Shown in pieces: positions 28,658-39,095 of a DNA stretch of 64,000 nt. The stretch comes from Verrucomicrobiota bacterium. Lineage in GTDB: Bacteria; Verrucomicrobiota; Verrucomicrobiia; Opitutales; Seribacteraceae. The translations under genes were made by a program, and so were the position numbers. Each line of letters begins with the position of its first letter. The first letter of the stretch is position 1. Under the pieces are notes generated by a model that saw only the letters and a program-made list of their open reading frames with translations, had not been told where the DNA came from and ran no database searches. The DNA lies in NCBI GenBank assembly GCA_027622665.1, contig JAQBYT010000009.1, positions 57,271 through 121,270 of the forward strand. The letters are read 5' to 3'.

Positions 28658-31600
28658 GAGGGAGGGTGTGACCGCGAGGCCGAGGAGAGTCGAAGTGACC
28701 AAGCCACCCACGATGGCGATGGCAACGGGTCCGAGGATTTCCCGTCCGGGTTCATGGAGGGCTAGAAGGATTGGGACGAGCGCGATACCGGCGGAGAGAG
28801 CCGTCATGAGGATGGGCGATAATCGTTCGAGTGTACCTCGTTCGATCATTTGTCGAGTGAAACCTTCCCCCTCATTACGCATGAGATGCAGGTAGTGGGT
28901 GAGGAGCATGATGTTGTTGCGCGCCGCAATCCCGCTCACGGCGATAAAGCCGACCAAGGTGGCGATGCTTACATTGTCTAGCGTGTACTTGGTGTAGAGA
29001 ACGGCGCCAACGAGAGAAACGGGAATGATACCTAGGGTAAGAAAGGCAAGAGCGAAGCTTCGGTAGTGGCCGTAGAGAAGGAAGAAAACGAGAATGAGAA
29101 GAATTGTTGAAGCATAGAATATTGTCGAGGTGGCTTCTCGTTGCGCTTGGTATTCGCCTTCAAGGGAGATGGAGTAACCTTTTGGCAGTTTCACTTTTTC
29201 GGTAACTTCTCTTTGAAGGCGTTCGACCACGGCATTGAGATTCTCTGTCGTTGGGTTGATGGAGACGACGAAGCGTCGTTGCGAGTTCTCTCGGAGGATC
29301 ATGTTCGGTCCGGTTGCTCGACGTATGTCGGCGACCCGTTCGAGGGGGATTCGTTGACCGCTTAGAGTGTCAATGTAGGTTTGCTTGAGACGCTCCGGAT
29401 TTTCCCTCCATTCCTGCGGAAGTCGCAGCACAAGGTCGTATTTTCGTGTGCCCTCGTAGATTTCGGCGACTTTTTCGCCTGCCATGAGGGTCGCGAGTTC
29501 TTCGTTGAGGTCGCCGGGCACAACGCCATAGGCAAGAGCCCGTTTGCGATCCGGTTCTATTCGCAACTGTGGAACGAGGGCTTGTTGCTCGGTTCGGGCT
29601 TCCTCGAGACCAGGAATGCCGCGGGCGATGTCGGCGATTTGAGAACCGAGGCGGCGAAGTTCGTCGAGGTCCGGGCCAAACACCTTCACGGCAACTTTTG
29701 CGGAAACACCACTCAACATGTGTCCGACGCGGTCCGCGAGTGGTCCGCTCATAGAACTGAAGGTGCCGGGGATGCTGCGCATGTTTGTCCCAATATCTTC
29801 GGTGACTTCCTTTTGCTTCCGCCCCGCCGATTTGTCGAACTCGATATCGAACTCAACGGTTGAGACCGGCACCACGTGATCTCCCCGTTCCGCCCGACCT
29901 GCTCGAAAACCCACGCTCTTGATTCCGGGGATACCGAGGAGAAGGTCTTGGCCTACGTGGGCGAGTTCGGTGGTGGTCTTGAGCGACGTTCCCGGCGCTG
30001 TCGTCATGGCGACGACCGCCGAGGGTTCCTGAAAGGGCGGCAGGAAGTTCCCGCCCATGTTCTTGAATGATTGATAGCTAAACCAGAGCAGTCCTCCCAT
30101 TATGGCCAATACCATGAAGGGCTGCGAAAGCGAGAAACGCAGCCAAGTAGCGGCAAAGGCGGACTTAACCCATCGGGTGAGAAAACTGTCTTTCGCTCGT
30201 GCTTTGCAAAGTTTATCCGGCAGGAGGTAGAAGCAGAGAACCGGGATGACTGTAAGGGCTACCAGAAAAGAGGCTGTCATGCTCACGATCGTGGCGATGG
30301 CGATGGGCGTGAACAGTCGGCCTTCCACTCCGCTTAGAGCGAAGAGAGGAAGGAATACGAGCACGATCAAAAGGGTGGCGTAGAATATGGATGAGCGTAC
30401 TTCGCCCGAAGCGTCGGCGATGACTTTTATTCTGGATTCGGGATTGGAAAGGGCAGCGTTTTCTCGTAGCCGTCGGAAAATATTTTCCATGTCTACGATG
30501 GCATCGTCGACTACCATGCCGATGGCTACGGCCAATCCGCCAAGAGTCATTGAGTTTACGCCGACACCGAGCAATTCGAACACTAATGCAGTGATCGCAA
30601 GAGAAAGAGGAATGGCGGTCAGAGTTATTAGGGTAACGCGAAAGTTGAGTAGAAACAAAAAAAGAACGATGCTGACTAGCAAAGCTCCGTCCAAAAGAGC
30701 TTTTTCTAGATTACCGACGGCGAGGTCGATGTAGTCGCTCTGCTTGTACAGTGGAATTATTTCGGTGCCGGTTGGTAGTGAAGGGCCTAATTCCTTCAAG
30801 GCTTGTTCCAGTTGTCTCGTTAAGTCGAGGGTGTCGAATCCCGGAGATTTTCTAACGCTCATAACTACTCCGGGGTAACCTTTGGGGGCTTGGCCGGGGG
30901 CGTGCGTATCGCGCCGAACGCCCATTCCCGCATCCCCGCGCATGGGCTCGACGCCCCAAGCAACCTCGGCTACGTCGCGAATGCGAAGCGGTCGGTCGTT
31001 GCGATAAGTGACCACAATGTCTCCGATGGCATCGAGATCTTTGGTCATGGCTAGGTTGCGAACCATGATCTCTTGAGTGCCTTCCGTGAGGAATCCGCCC
31101 GTGGTGTTTTTTACGGAAGCGGCAGTCGCCAAACGTAACTGTTCAAGGTTTACTCCGTGCCTTAGCATTTTTTCTGGATTTGGGCGCACCTGAACCTGTT
31201 TCACGCCACCTCCCATAGTCTGGATTTCAGCTATCCCCGGGATCGCCTGAAGACGGCGGGATACCACCCAGTCAGCGAGGGCTCGAAGCTCTCGAGGATT
31301 GGTTGCGCCTGTGGTGTCCCTCAATCCGATAAGCATTACCTCGCCCATTAGCGATGTGACGGGGGTCAAGTGGGGACGGATTCCCGGAGGTAGTTCGGAC
31401 GTCATGCTTGCGAGGCGTTCCTGAACGAATATCCGAGCATCGTAAATGTCCATGTCCCAATCGAATTCGACGAATACGAGTGAGAGCGATACGTCGCTTA
31501 TGGAACGAAGACGATCCACGCCCGTCACGCCCATGAGGGCATTTTCGAGCGGTACGGTCACGAGAGTCTCGATCTCCTCGGGAGCGTATCCCGGAACCTC

Positions 31601-31753
31601 GGTAAGGAGGGTGACGGTCGGTTTCGTCAGGTCGGGCAGTACGTCCACGGGCAAATCCAGAGCCTTTTTAAACCCAAGAAACAACAGGGCGGTTGCGAGC
31701 GCGAGGACCATCGCGCGTTGGGATAGAGAAAACCTTATGAGTTGATTGAGCAT
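28574..31753 (-). CDS. Heavy-metal efflux RND permease (CzcA/CusA family)
   Basis: LPVDVLPD, GMVVDDAIVDMEN, ERLSPILMTAL; two large periplasmic loops. Confidence 0.95.
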   Translation of the reverse strand: MLNQLIRFSLSQRAMVLALATALLFLGFKKALDLPVDVLPDLTKPTVTLLTEVPGYAPEEIETLVTVPLENALMGVTGVDRLRSISDVSLSLVFVEFDWDMDIYDARIFVQERLASMTSELPPGIRPHLTPVTSLMGEVMLIGLRDTTGATNPRELRALADWVVSRRLQAIPGIAEIQTMGGGVKQVQVRPNPEKMLRHGVNLEQLRLATAASVKNTTGGFLTEGTQEIMVRNLAMTKDLDAIGDIVVTYRNDRPLRIRDVAEVAWGVEPMRGDAGMGVRRDTHAPGQAPKGYPGVVMSVRKSPGFDTLDLTRQLEQALKELGPSLPTGTEIIPLYKQSDYIDLAVGNLEKALLDGALLVSIVLFLFLLNFRVTLITLTAIPLSLAITALVFELLGVGVNSMTLGGLAVAIGMVVDDAIVDMENIFRRLRENAALSNPESRIKVIADASGEVRSSIFYATLLIVLVFLPLFALSGVEGRLFTPIAIATIVSMTASFLVALTVIPVLCFYLLPDKLCKARAKDSFLTRWVKSAFAATWLRFSLSQPFMVLAIMGGLLWFSYQSFKNMGGNFLPPFQEPSAVVAMTTAPGTSLKTTTELAHVGQDLLLGIPGIKSVGFRAGRAERGDHVVPVSTVEFDIEFDKSAGRKQKEVTEDIGTNMRSIPGTFSSMSGPLADRVGHMLSGVSAKVAVKVFGPDLDELRRLGSQIADIARGIPGLEEARTEQQALVPQLRIEPDRKRALAYGVVPGDLNEELATLMAGEKVAEIYEGTRKYDLVLRLPQEWRENPERLKQTYIDTLSGQRIPLERVADIRRATGPNMILRENSQRRFVVSINPTTENLNAVVERLQREVTEKVKLPKGYSISLEGEYQAQREATSTIFYASTILLILVFFLLYGHYRSFALAFLTLGIIPVSLVGAVLYTKYTLDNVSIATLVGFIAVSGIAARNNIMLLTHYLHLMRNEGEGFTRQMIERGTLERLSPILMTALSAGIALVPILLALHEPGREILGPVAIAIVGGLVTSTLLGLAVTPSLFYAFCRKPVESILAKDLNLLCILSQTG

Positions 31754-31758
31754 GGGCT

Positions 31759-32913
31759 TCAGGCGGTTACAATGTCCTTGCGCTTATTCCACAGGCGTTG
31801 CGCGAAGAACGCGGTCAGCAACGTCATGGTTGCCGCATAGAAGATCAAGTATTGGTTTAGAGCTCCGTCCGTTGCCTCGCCATTACCTTGATCGTTTGCA
31901 TCGGTTCTTGGGTTTTCTGATTTTTGCGGAGCGATCATCTCAGTGCGGTCTTCATTGTGTTCGTGTCCGTGAGCGGCATCGAGCGCTTCCTTCAGCGAGG
32001 GTCCACTGCCACTTCCGGCGAACGCGAGCGGGTAGGCTCCGCGAGTAACTACTTCGTCGCCGGGGAAGAGACCGCTCACGATTTCCACATACTTGTCATT
32101 TCGTTCGCCAAGAACTACAGGTACAGGTGAAAAAGCGTTTTCCAACTCGAAGTCCTTCACGAAGACGATGCGGTTGGTAGGATCACCTTGCACGGTGGCT
32201 TGTGGCACGCTCAAGACCTTTTCTCGAGAGCCAGTGACTATCGAGAATTCAATTCGCATACCGGGTCGCAACTTCCCGTCAGGGTTATTTACTTGAAAAA
32301 TACCTTCCAGAGCCCCCGCGCTGCGATCTGCTTCGACATTGAAACGAAGGAGGTGAGCCTCGATCGCTTTCTTGCCTAGAGCCGGTACGCGAATGCGAGC
32401 AAGTGCTCCAAGCTTAACGGCAGCGGCTTCCGATTCGGGGATTTTAGCTACCGCCCATAAGGTTGAACGATCCGCTATATCCAACAGTGCCCGGTCGGGT
32501 TCAACAGGTTCACCCAAACGGACGTGAGAACGCACGACTATGCCACTTCGGGGTGCCCGCAACTCAATCGTGGGGGGAGGGTTGCCGGGTTGTCGGCTTT
32601 CTACTCGAAGCAGTGTTTGGTTGGCTTCGACTCTATCGCCCTCGTAGGCGTTGAGGTCGATGACTCGCCCGGCGATCCTAGTCGAGAGTACGGAACGATT
32701 GGCGGGGATTTCCTCGATCCGACCAATCGCAAAGACTGTACTCTCAAAGATTCTTTCCTTTGCCTGTTCGGTCTCGATGCGTAGGTTGCGAACGCCTGTC
32801 TCGTCGAGAATAACGGTGCGAGTTGCTGGTCTTGTAGGATCGTCGGTTTCGCCGCAAAGCGAGTTGTGCGATAGGATCATTAGGGCAAGTAGTAAAAAAA
32901 ATGGTGTTTTCAT
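31759..32913 (-). CDS. RND periplasmic adaptor (CzcB-like) with His motif and C-terminal TM
   Basis: Lipoyl-like RIAGRV...GDRV, LRAP.SG.V, LRPGM, GL.PGDEVV; HGHEH. Confidence 0.9.
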   Translation of the reverse strand: MKTPFFLLLALMILSHNSLCGETDDPTRPATRTVILDETGVRNLRIETEQAKERIFESTVFAIGRIEEIPANRSVLSTRIAGRVIDLNAYEGDRVEANQTLLRVESRQPGNPPPTIELRAPRSGIVVRSHVRLGEPVEPDRALLDIADRSTLWAVAKIPESEAAAVKLGALARIRVPALGKKAIEAHLLRFNVEADRSAGALEGIFQVNNPDGKLRPGMRIEFSIVTGSREKVLSVPQATVQGDPTNRIVFVKDFELENAFSPVPVVLGERNDKYVEIVSGLFPGDEVVTRGAYPLAFAGSGSGPSLKEALDAAHGHEHNEDRTEMIAPQKSENPRTDANDQGNGEATDGALNQYLIFYAATMTLLTAFFAQRLWNKRKDIVTA

Positions 32914-32931
32914 GGTATCGGAATCGTTGAT

Positions 32932-34245
32932 TTATTTCCTAGGAGAAACCTGCTTGAGAATGGGTTTTGTCTTCGGGTAATCACCCACAACCTCTCTCAT
33001 TCGGGCTTTGGCCAAATGGTAGTTGACGATAGCCTCGAGAGCAGCGTTCTTCAGTTCCAGCAACTGTTCTTGAACCCGTTGCGTTTGCAGCAGACTTGCC
33101 TGGCCCTGCCGGTAGGCGGCTTGAAAGTCCGCGACGTTTTTCGCCACCAATTGCAAGATTTCTCCGGATGCTTCTCTGGCTAAGCGCCACGCATCGAGTC
33201 TTGCCCTAAAGGCTTGTGCGTATTCGTTGCGCACGCGAAACCGCAAGGCTTCGCTAGTTGCTTCAGCTTCGATACGATCGAATCTGGCTTGCTCCATGTC
33301 GTCGGCGTTGCGTTGTCGGAAGGGAATCGGAATGGAAAATCCGAGGCCGGCCAAGGTATTGCGGTCTAGTCCCGCGGCAGGGTAGGAGGCACGTTCCCTT
33401 TCCACGAAAAAGTTTACTTCCACATCTGGAAAACGGTTCGATTTTTCCAAGTTTAAAGCTGCATCAGCTTCATCTACCCTTGCCCTCGCGAGGGCAAGGT
33501 CCGATCGTCGTCGCACGATTGCTTCGAGTGGTATTTGCTTGTTCGGTTCCTCTTCCGGGATTTGAAGTTTGCGGTCGATGCTTAGGACTTCGTCTGCTTC
33601 CATCCCAAGTAGTTGCTTAAGTGCAAGAGTCTTGTTTTTTTCCTTTGTCGCGAGTTCTGCCGCTTTTTGCTCCATTGCCAGCCCCGTTAGTTCGGCCTGC
33701 GCCAGGTCGAGTGAAGAAGCCTCTCCTCGCTTCACTTGTTCCCTCAGGAAGCTTACGATTTCGGCGTTAACTCCCATGACTGCCCGTTGTCCCTTTGTCC
33801 GTTGGTTCGCGGCCGCCAAACCGATTACGGTCCTCTCCACCTTGGCGGCCAATTTCCATCTGTGTCTTGCCAGTTCCGCCTCGGCTGTGGTCACTTGCCG
33901 CTTTCGCAATTCTCTTTCGCGCCGAAGACGGGAGGACAGTGGAAAGCTTTGCCGTACGGCGACTTCGAAATTCCCCTCGTTTTCGTCGTTTCCAAAGGAA
34001 TCCCCTTTTGCCGATACTTCTACTTCGGGGTTCGGCAGTCTGCCGGAAAGAAGTAAACGGCTTTCCGCCTCCTCCACGCCGGGTTCAGTTATCTGCAGGT
34101 CTCGGTTGTTAAGGAAGGCCAACCGAATGGCTTCGTCCGTCGAGAGCAACAAGACTTCCTTTCCCTCGCCAGTGCTACTGCATAGAACGGCAAAGAGGGC
34201 GATAGTGAAAGGTTTGATTTTGGAAAAGTTTTTTGAAGTTGTCAT
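32932..34245 (-). CDS. TolC/CzcC family outer membrane factor
   Basis: EAIRLAFLNNRDL, LPNP, FSIPIP, YRQGQ.SLL. Confidence 0.9.
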   Translation of the reverse strand: MTTSKNFSKIKPFTIALFAVLCSSTGEGKEVLLLSTDEAIRLAFLNNRDLQITEPGVEEAESRLLLSGRLPNPEVEVSAKGDSFGNDENEGNFEVAVRQSFPLSSRLRRERELRKRQVTTAEAELARHRWKLAAKVERTVIGLAAANQRTKGQRAVMGVNAEIVSFLREQVKRGEASSLDLAQAELTGLAMEQKAAELATKEKNKTLALKQLLGMEADEVLSIDRKLQIPEEEPNKQIPLEAIVRRRSDLALARARVDEADAALNLEKSNRFPDVEVNFFVERERASYPAAGLDRNTLAGLGFSIPIPFRQRNADDMEQARFDRIEAEATSEALRFRVRNEYAQAFRARLDAWRLAREASGEILQLVAKNVADFQAAYRQGQASLLQTQRVQEQLLELKNAALEAIVNYHLAKARMREVVGDYPKTKPILKQVSPRK

Positions 34246-34407
34246 GGTTCAATAAATGATTCGATCGATTCTGATGGGCATCTTTGATGCTCGAGTGACT
34301 TCTTGCGGATAAAGAAAGCCCCACGCGAATAAGACCGCGAGTGCAAGAGGCGGTGAGAGGGGGAACCCCTCCCGGTCAATCCGGACGCGGCGTATCGCCG
34401 AGTAGAA

Positions 34408-34812
34408 TCAAATAAGAAACCTGCCCGTGAAAGGCGGAGAGGAATGGTTCGGAGGGGGTGTGATGACTGTGGGAACTACCTTGATTAGAAGGGCATGTCC
34501 ACCTACCGAAATCAATCTGTCGGGCATGTCCCGAATAGGCATGAAAGAAGTCAGGGAGAGAAGCTTTTTGTACTCAACTTTGAAGAGGGATGCTTCAGGT
34601 AGGTCGAGTATGCAGTCGTCCGAACAAGGAACTTGCTGTTCTTCGTGGTGATGAGCTTCAGAATTCAAGCACGGGGTGTCGCCCGAGTTACCTTCATGGT
34701 GGTGCGGGTCCGATCCAAGCAAGGAGAGTAGTCCGCACACGGTTACTACACTGTTACCCATGGGTATGAGTGCAAGCACGGTAAGCAATAAGATAGGAGT
34801 AAGGCGAAACAT
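34408..34812 (-). CDS. Small His/Cys-rich protein heading the efflux operon (CzcI-like)
   Basis: Hydrophobic N-terminus, HHHE...C..HHHE..C...C, C-terminal PPP. Confidence 0.6.
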   Translation of the reverse strand: MFRLTPILLLTVLALIPMGNSVVTVCGLLSLLGSDPHHHEGNSGDTPCLNSEAHHHEEQQVPCSDDCILDLPEASLFKVEYKKLLSLTSFMPIRDMPDRLISVGGHALLIKVVPTVITPPPNHSSPPFTGRFLI

Positions 34813-34891
34813 AGTCTTTATCTTCGAGCTACATCTATTACTGCCAATGCCTTAGTTGTCAAGCTGATGGTAGGGATGCCTTCAGGGAGCA

Positions 34892-36382
34892 TTACCGGAG
34901 CAAATTGTGTGCGTGGTAGACCACGAGAGCGTTGGCGAGAGGTTCGCCTTCTGCGGTCATCAATGCCTTCAATGAGAATTCGTAAAGCCGTCGATCCTGC
35001 ATTTCGGACAGTACGATCTTCACGGTTTTACGGTCTTCCGAAAGTGTGACCTTGGCGGGTTTGAGTGTTTTTACTCCTACTTGGGGGGAGCCATAACCTT
35101 GGTGGTACTTGTAGGTGTAGCTCTTTATCGCATAGGACTCAGCAGAACTCGCGAGTGTCTTGTCCATCGGTACGGTGAAAGTTAGGTCGAAGCCTTTTGC
35201 CGCAAGGTTCATTCGTAGGACGTCCGCCGGGGTTCGTCCGTTCCAAGTGAGAGTCTGGATGCCTTGGTTTCCTGCCCAACCATGCGAACTGTGACCGATC
35301 CAAAGAGTCTTTCCATCGGGAGAGAAGCACAGACGGTTGTTGCCGGTGGACAATCCATTGCCATCGAAGAACGGGATGCAAGCACCCTGCATCTTGCCGC
35401 CGACCTCTTCGAGCATCACGCGCATGATACGACCTTTGTTCATTTCGCCTACGAGCAACTGCCCGGCAAAGGGGCCGAACTTGCCTGCCGTCGAGTCGAC
35501 GAGGGGTTGCGAAGGTGAGTTGGCCATCAAGCCGTGGGGAAATAGTACGGCAGCAGTCTCCCTGCGCTCGTTCAATTCGGAGACTGGTAGACCTACCGGT
35601 TTGTCTCCTTTCCAGTCCTTCTCCCAAATCAAGCTGCCGGCATGACCGTAAAATTTTCCTTCTTGCACGTGATGCAATTTGCTTGTGCCCACCCAGTCGC
35701 CTTGGTTGTCGGTTACGAAGAGGTTGTCTTTAAGGTCAAAGCCGAGACCGTTTGGGGTGCGCAAGCCGGATGCCCATGGATTCAATCGACCGTCGGGGGT
35801 GATTTGGAGAACCCAACCTCGATAGGGAACGGAGGCATACATGCGCTGAAGATAGCTGCGTTTATCGAAAACACCTCTTTTCTCATGGCGAACGTCGGCT
35901 CCGCTGGAAGCCGTGCCGAGCGATACGTAGAAATTGCCCGCGTTGTCCCTAATTGGCCCGAAGTGAAATTCGTGGTAGTTCCCGGATATGCCGAAGTCAT
36001 CGCAGAACGCCTTGTATTCGTCTGCTTTTCCGTCTTCATCAAGATCTCGAAGGAGGGTAAGTTCGGGGCGTTGGGCGACCATGACTTCTCGGTTATTCAA
36101 AGCCACGACCCCCAGTGGTGTGTGTAGACCGTCGGCAAACAGTTTCCATTTGCCGGTGTCGGGATGCAAGGTGAAGACCTCGCCCCCGACAAAGCAGGCT
36201 ACGAGGCGACCGTCAGGCATGAATGACAGCCCATCTGTCTGAGTTCCCTTGGTCCCGTATCGTTCGAGCAACAGCTTGGGCGGTTCAACTTTACCAAGAG
36301 CGTAGTAATCCGTGATTTTGGCTTTGACCGAGGAGAGAGGCAACCCTAGGCAGAACAGAATTACACAGAGTGCTCGATTCAT
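34892..36382 (-). CDS. Secreted beta-propeller, glucose/sorbosone dehydrogenase-like
   Basis: ATGA overlap; signal peptide; SGNYHEFHFGP, GLRTPNG, TDNQGDW, FGPFAGQLLVGE. Confidence 0.8.
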   Translation of the reverse strand: MNRALCVILFCLGLPLSSVKAKITDYYALGKVEPPKLLLERYGTKGTQTDGLSFMPDGRLVACFVGGEVFTLHPDTGKWKLFADGLHTPLGVVALNNREVMVAQRPELTLLRDLDEDGKADEYKAFCDDFGISGNYHEFHFGPIRDNAGNFYVSLGTASSGADVRHEKRGVFDKRSYLQRMYASVPYRGWVLQITPDGRLNPWASGLRTPNGLGFDLKDNLFVTDNQGDWVGTSKLHHVQEGKFYGHAGSLIWEKDWKGDKPVGLPVSELNERRETAAVLFPHGLMANSPSQPLVDSTAGKFGPFAGQLLVGEMNKGRIMRVMLEEVGGKMQGACIPFFDGNGLSTGNNRLCFSPDGKTLWIGHSSHGWAGNQGIQTLTWNGRTPADVLRMNLAAKGFDLTFTVPMDKTLASSAESYAIKSYTYKYHQGYGSPQVGVKTLKPAKVTLSEDRKTVKIVLSEMQDRRLYEFSLKALMTAEGEPLANALVVYHAHNLLR

Positions 36383-38445
36383 CTTATGGGAGCGGTTGCC
36401 AGTTGACTGAGGCGTTTGATTTCTTCCGAGCTCAACGGTCTTTCGTACACGCTCAATTCGTCTAGTAGGAATTTCGGATGAGATATTTGGGAAGCTATGC
36501 CGACATTGCCGATGGGCGGTCCTTCCCCAGACCGTCGATCCCGTTTGTCGTGAAGGATTCCGTCGAGGTAAATCCGAACGGATGTTTGGTCCAAAGACAG
36601 GGCCAAATGGTGCCATTCGCCGTCGATAGTGGGTTCTTCGAAGGATTTGAGTTCGGTTGGCGCCTTTGATTTGGTTTTTTGTTTCGAGCCGGGCGAGATG
36701 ATTTCCAGGCTATCTATGTTTGGGCCGGTTTTTTTGACCGAGGTCAGGCGAACGAGGTATTCGCCGCTCGCGAATTTCCTTTTAACTTCCTCGTACTTCC
36801 AGGTCGTCCAGCTGCCGGTTCCTGCGAAGGGGAGGGTGGGGGTTAGCAGGTCTACTTCCCCGTTTATGCTCAGTAGCAGAGGTCTGGAGTCTACAGCTGC
36901 ATAGCGAAAACGAAGCCGATGCTCCCCGTCTTTTTCAACCCGAACCTTCCATTCGACGAATTGTCCGGCTTCGGTGCCGAAATCGAGATAACCCGATCCG
37001 TGATGCCCTGGATTACTGGATGCTTTCACGGGGCCCTTGAACTTGGCATGTTCGGCTTCCAGTCCGTTTCCAGAATCTTCGATCTTCAAGTTGGTCGAGT
37101 TGAAGGAGAACGCTTTTCCGGATGGCGAGTATTGCATGTTCCCACCTTTTTCCCAACTCACAAGAGATGGTATAGAGCGTTTGGGATCCGTAAGTTTCAC
37201 CCATGTCGACAATCCCGCTCCGGAGCTGAAATCACCTTTGGGTTGAGCGGGTGTAATCTTTTTTCCGCCTGACAATTGCCAAGCTTGTCCGATAGCGCCT
37301 GGATAAAGAATCCCTCTTCTATTGTTGCTGGCAACGAGATCGTTCATGCTCAAATGAAACACAGGCGCTTTCCGAGGGATTTCTGATTGCGTAATGGAGA
37401 AGCGTTTCGATTCTTCGGGGCTTAGCCGAAGCGTTCCCTTATCGATTGTTCCTTTGTTGCAGGTGGTATTGACGCCTGCATCTGGCGGAAGAGAAAACAG
37501 AAGAACTTCGTGAGAGTTGTTTACGGTGAACTTTCGGAGTAGACCGCTCTTGCCAGGAAGTTTGACGATTAGTTCGGTGAATTCGGCTTTTCCGTATTGA
37601 TATCGAAATTGAGGAATCCCGTCTATCAAACGATAGCCAAGAAAATTAATTTCTGGGCTACCTTTTTCCTCACTTTTAAAACGAAACGGAAAGTTTCTCT
37701 CTCGCAAATAAACTCTCCCTTCTATCGTGGGGAGAATTCTCCAGCGGCCAAAAGACCCGTTCTTCTTGATGAAGCCGTCTCGCCATGCGTAGCGAAGTTG
37801 GCAATTTCCTGCATCCCAACAGTAGGAATGACCTCCGGGGAGTGATACTGCAATTGCTGCAGGTGAAGAGTCGGGCATGAAGGTGCGATGGACTATGGCG
37901 AAACCTGATTGGGGTCGCGAGAGGTTCGAGGCATTTGCGTTTTTCGCGATGTCTTTCGCTTTGGCGATAAGTTCGTCCATCTTCGCTGGTCGCGCCTTGG
38001 CAACAAAGAGCGTGCCGTACATTACGAATCCATGCCCTGGGAAAGTGCATACGTACGGATATTCTCCTTCTTTCTCAGGTGCAACGAAAGTGACGGTGGT
38101 TTTCTTCCCCGGGAGCACTACGGGAGTAGAGGCGATCACGTCTTCGGATTCTGGGATATAATGTCGGTTCGGACCATCTGCTCCTAGGGCTATGGCGGAT
38201 TCGATCACTTTCATGCGGGTCTTTGGAGCCACGAGCACGAAGTTATGCATCATTTCGTCTATGTTGTCGAAAAGCAGTTCCACTTTTTCGCCTGGTTGGA
38301 TGTGAAAGGCAATTGGGTCGTACTTCAGCCCGGGTTTGACGGACAAGAGGAGTTTGGCGGCGTCCGCGGAATTAATTATCAATAATCCCAACAAAAGTGG
38401 TGAGAACAACCGAAGGATACCGTCGGCGCAGACTGTTTGCCTCAC
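36379..38445 (-). CDS. Secreted azurin-like cupredoxin, beta domain, LamG and CBM35/CBM6 multidomain protein
   Basis: MMHNFVL...YPYVCTFPGHGFVM (type 1 Cu); EAE..GSGYLDF..RYA..TGSW..GPNID (CBM); WHHLAL..YLDG..DELSVY (LamG). Confidence 0.8.
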   Translation of the reverse strand: MRQTVCADGILRLFSPLLLGLLIINSADAAKLLLSVKPGLKYDPIAFHIQPGEKVELLFDNIDEMMHNFVLVAPKTRMKVIESAIALGADGPNRHYIPESEDVIASTPVVLPGKKTTVTFVAPEKEGEYPYVCTFPGHGFVMYGTLFVAKARPAKMDELIAKAKDIAKNANASNLSRPQSGFAIVHRTFMPDSSPAAIAVSLPGGHSYCWDAGNCQLRYAWRDGFIKKNGSFGRWRILPTIEGRVYLRERNFPFRFKSEEKGSPEINFLGYRLIDGIPQFRYQYGKAEFTELIVKLPGKSGLLRKFTVNNSHEVLLFSLPPDAGVNTTCNKGTIDKGTLRLSPEESKRFSITQSEIPRKAPVFHLSMNDLVASNNRRGILYPGAIGQAWQLSGGKKITPAQPKGDFSSGAGLSTWVKLTDPKRSIPSLVSWEKGGNMQYSPSGKAFSFNSTNLKIEDSGNGLEAEHAKFKGPVKASSNPGHHGSGYLDFGTEAGQFVEWKVRVEKDGEHRLRFRYAAVDSRPLLLSINGEVDLLTPTLPFAGTGSWTTWKYEEVKRKFASGEYLVRLTSVKKTGPNIDSLEIISPGSKQKTKSKAPTELKSFEEPTIDGEWHHLALSLDQTSVRIYLDGILHDKRDRRSGEGPPIGNVGIASQISHPKFLLDELSVYERPLSSEEIKRLSQLATAPIR

Positions 38446-39083
38446 AGTTTACGAATCTTTAAATTTCGGAATCGGACTTGTCCGCCGTGCTCCTGAAGCA
38501 TGATGCGGCCCAATTTAGTTCCAAAGTCGGGGCGAGACTTGAACTTGCTTTTAGCGTGCCGTTTTTTCCAGTCTTCGGAACCAATTTCAATTTCGGCGAC
38601 CTTTTCGCCGTTCAACCAGTGTTCGATTTTGTTTCCTTGCGCCACGATGCGACTGACATTGAATTTTCCGGGAGCCTTTAGCTTCTTGTCGGCGGATGCT
38701 CCCTTGATTGCGTAAATCGAGGCGGTGGCCCCGAGGTGATCCGGCGCGTACTTCCACTTGGCATCATCAATAATTTGATATTCGGGTCCCATAATCGCCC
38801 CGGAATAGTCGGCTACCCTATACTTGATGCCGCTATTGGTTCCAGCGGCAATTTTCCACTCACACGAAAATTCGAAGTCTTTGAACGTTTCCTTCGAGTA
38901 CAGGTCGCCGGCCTTACTCCGGCGAAGGATACAACCGTCTTCCACTACCCAACCTTCAGCGGGTGGCCCGCCTTGGCGGTCAGTCCAACCGGCAAGGGTT
39001 TTGCCGTCGAAGAGTTGAATCTCCTTGACCTCTGCCAAGGCAAAAAGCGGATGAATTATCGCGAACAGTGATGCCAAGCGCAT
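38442..39083 (-). CDS. DUF1080 / 3-keto-disaccharide hydrolase family protein
   Basis: LFDGKTLAGW, NSGIKY, GPEYQIID, HWLNG, LQEHG..VRFRNLKI. Confidence 0.9.
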   Translation of the reverse strand: MRLASLFAIIHPLFALAEVKEIQLFDGKTLAGWTDRQGGPPAEGWVVEDGCILRRSKAGDLYSKETFKDFEFSCEWKIAAGTNSGIKYRVADYSGAIMGPEYQIIDDAKWKYAPDHLGATASIYAIKGASADKKLKAPGKFNVSRIVAQGNKIEHWLNGEKVAEIEIGSEDWKKRHAKSKFKSRPDFGTKLGRIMLQEHGGQVRFRNLKIRKL

Positions 39084-39095
39084 GTTCTCTAGAGC

